DNA of 64,000 nucleotides from Segatella copri (GTDB lineage Bacteria; Bacteroidota; Bacteroidia; Bacteroidales; Paludibacteraceae): NCBI GenBank assembly GCA_963593685.1, contig CAVBBP010000003.1, positions 3,861 to 67,860 of the forward strand, read 5' to 3'. Shown piece by piece: positions 63,569 to 64,000 of this stretch (position 1 is its first letter; each line of letters starts with the position of its first letter). The notes under the pieces were generated by a model. It saw only the letters and a program-made list of their open reading frames with translations, ran no database searches and was not told where the DNA came from. The position numbers and the translations under genes were made by a program.

Positions 63569-64000
63569 TTGTATCTCAAACGGATTTCCATATTGAACTA
63601 CCGCAACATCGCCGAGTGCGAGTTGGAATTTTCTCCAAAAATCAACTGTTTTTTGGGGCGAAATGGTATGGGCAAAACCAACCTTTTAGACGCAGTTTAC
63701 TACCTTTCGTTTTGCAAAAGTCATCTCAATCCGATTGATTCTCAAGTGATTAAACACGATGCCGACTTTTTTATGCTTCAGGGTACATTCGAGCGGTGCG
63801 GTGCCGACGAGGTGGTGTCGTGTGCGGTAAAACGCCGCGCCAAAAAGCGTTTCAAACGCAACCAAAAGGAGTACGAGCGGCTGTCGGACCACATCGGTTT
63901 TGTGCCTGTGGTGCTGGTTGCACCGTCGGATGCCGACTTGGTGAGCGAGGGGAGCGACTATCGCCGCCGCTTTCTGGATACGGTCATCGCGCAGTACGAC
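63569..64000 (+). CDS. recF: DNA replication and repair protein RecF, 3' end outside window
   Basis: Not in the ORF track (no stop codon in the window). TTG 63569 gives (M)YLKRISILNYRNIAECELEFSPKINCFLGRNGMGKTNLLDAVYYLSFCKSH with Walker A GRNGMGKT; the frame is open to nt 64000 and closed upstream by TAA 63536..63538. Confidence 0.85.
   Translation, partial: MYLKRISILNYRNIAECELEFSPKINCFLGRNGMGKTNLLDAVYYLSFCKSHLNPIDSQVIKHDADFFMLQGTFERCGADEVVSCAVKRRAKKRFKRNQKEYERLSDHIGFVPVVLVAPSDADLVSEGSDYRRRFLDTVIAQYD

Noticed and set aside
1-64000. tRNA, rRNA, tmRNA or riboswitch genes
   Set aside because: Scanning the spacers by eye, I found no cloverleaf-compatible GTTCGAATC-type T-arms or rRNA-like stretches. 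Every long spacer is accounted for by mosaic modules. A covariance-model scan would be needed to exclude small ncRNAs hidden among the repeats.

Overview
Chromosomal segment of a Bacteroidota (Bacteroidales-like) genome. The taxon call rests on TAnnTTTG -7 promoter boxes in front of many genes, no Shine-Dalgarno sequences, two proteins ending in T9SS C-terminal sorting domains, an LL-diaminopimelate aminotransferase and a MurF-Alr type alanine racemase. I call 51 protein-coding loci (47 on +, 4 on -; one frameshifted, two running off the window ends) and no rRNA, tRNA or CRISPR. Content: (i) 2-8136 plus 12404-16951 is an aryl-polyene/flexirubin-like type-II-FAS-style cluster (O-methyltransferase, two KS-CLF fusions, ACP, NodB deacetylase, LolA-like protein, GT2-DUF2062, MMPL-PlsC-methyltransferase fusion, FabD). 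(ii) 8133-11640 is a visibly AT-rich M-R-M type II restriction-modification cassette spliced seamlessly into that cluster, with ATGA overlaps on both sides. (iii) Housekeeping genes (ogt, nagB, alr, yigZ, ybaK, aspS, cobB, dapL, rpsO, waaA, pepD, dnaA, miaA, ribH, hisS, recF) and envelope/T9SS-cargo genes. (iv) 49.2-59.7 kb is a lower-GC polysaccharide locus with a poly-G-frameshifted pyruvyl transferase and two DUF4143-type ATPases. The most unusual signal is non-coding. Almost every native intergenic spacer (about 22 blocks, roughly 6 kb or 9% of the window by my own interval sum) is assembled from one shared vocabulary of 7-9 nt tandem words, GC-rich hairpins and a ~70-bp core. The vocabulary is used in both orientations and reaches into the stop codons of several genes. 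I cannot match it to a repeat family I know. Module legend used below: a=(T)AGTCGCAAG/GTAGCAAG; b=TTAGGAG+TGAGGAA; c=AGTGAGC/AGTGAGA; d=hairpin GCGGC-NNN-GCCGC; e=ATTTCAG/ATTTCAAA; f=~70-bp core TTTGATTTTTGCTCCGCTCGGCATTGCTCAAACGAGTTTGGCACTGCGCTCGCTTATCGCAAAAATTC; g=hairpin GGACGCAC-CGAG-GTGCGTCC (usually GTAG-prefixed); h=TTCAACAG/TTCAACGA; i=AAATAACC; j=CATAGAAA/CTTAGAAA, often with a short GC-only palindrome such as AGCGCGAAGCGCGAG; k=hairpin AAAATTGC-GGCA-GCAATTTT; l=CTAGAAAC/CAGAAAYT; m=ACTTT-words of 7 or 9 nt; n=TTTATAG and AGAACAT/AGAAGAT; o=AATAAAG/AGTAAAG/ACAAAAG; p=GGCTTTTCCCCC-TTC-GGGGGAAA-CGGGAAAGGGGGC; q=AATGCGTTAAAC+(YWATCAAC)n; r=AATTAAG/AATTTAG; s=CCAATTAT/CTAATTT; t=TTTGAAAA/TTTGAAGA; u=CTGAAACW.
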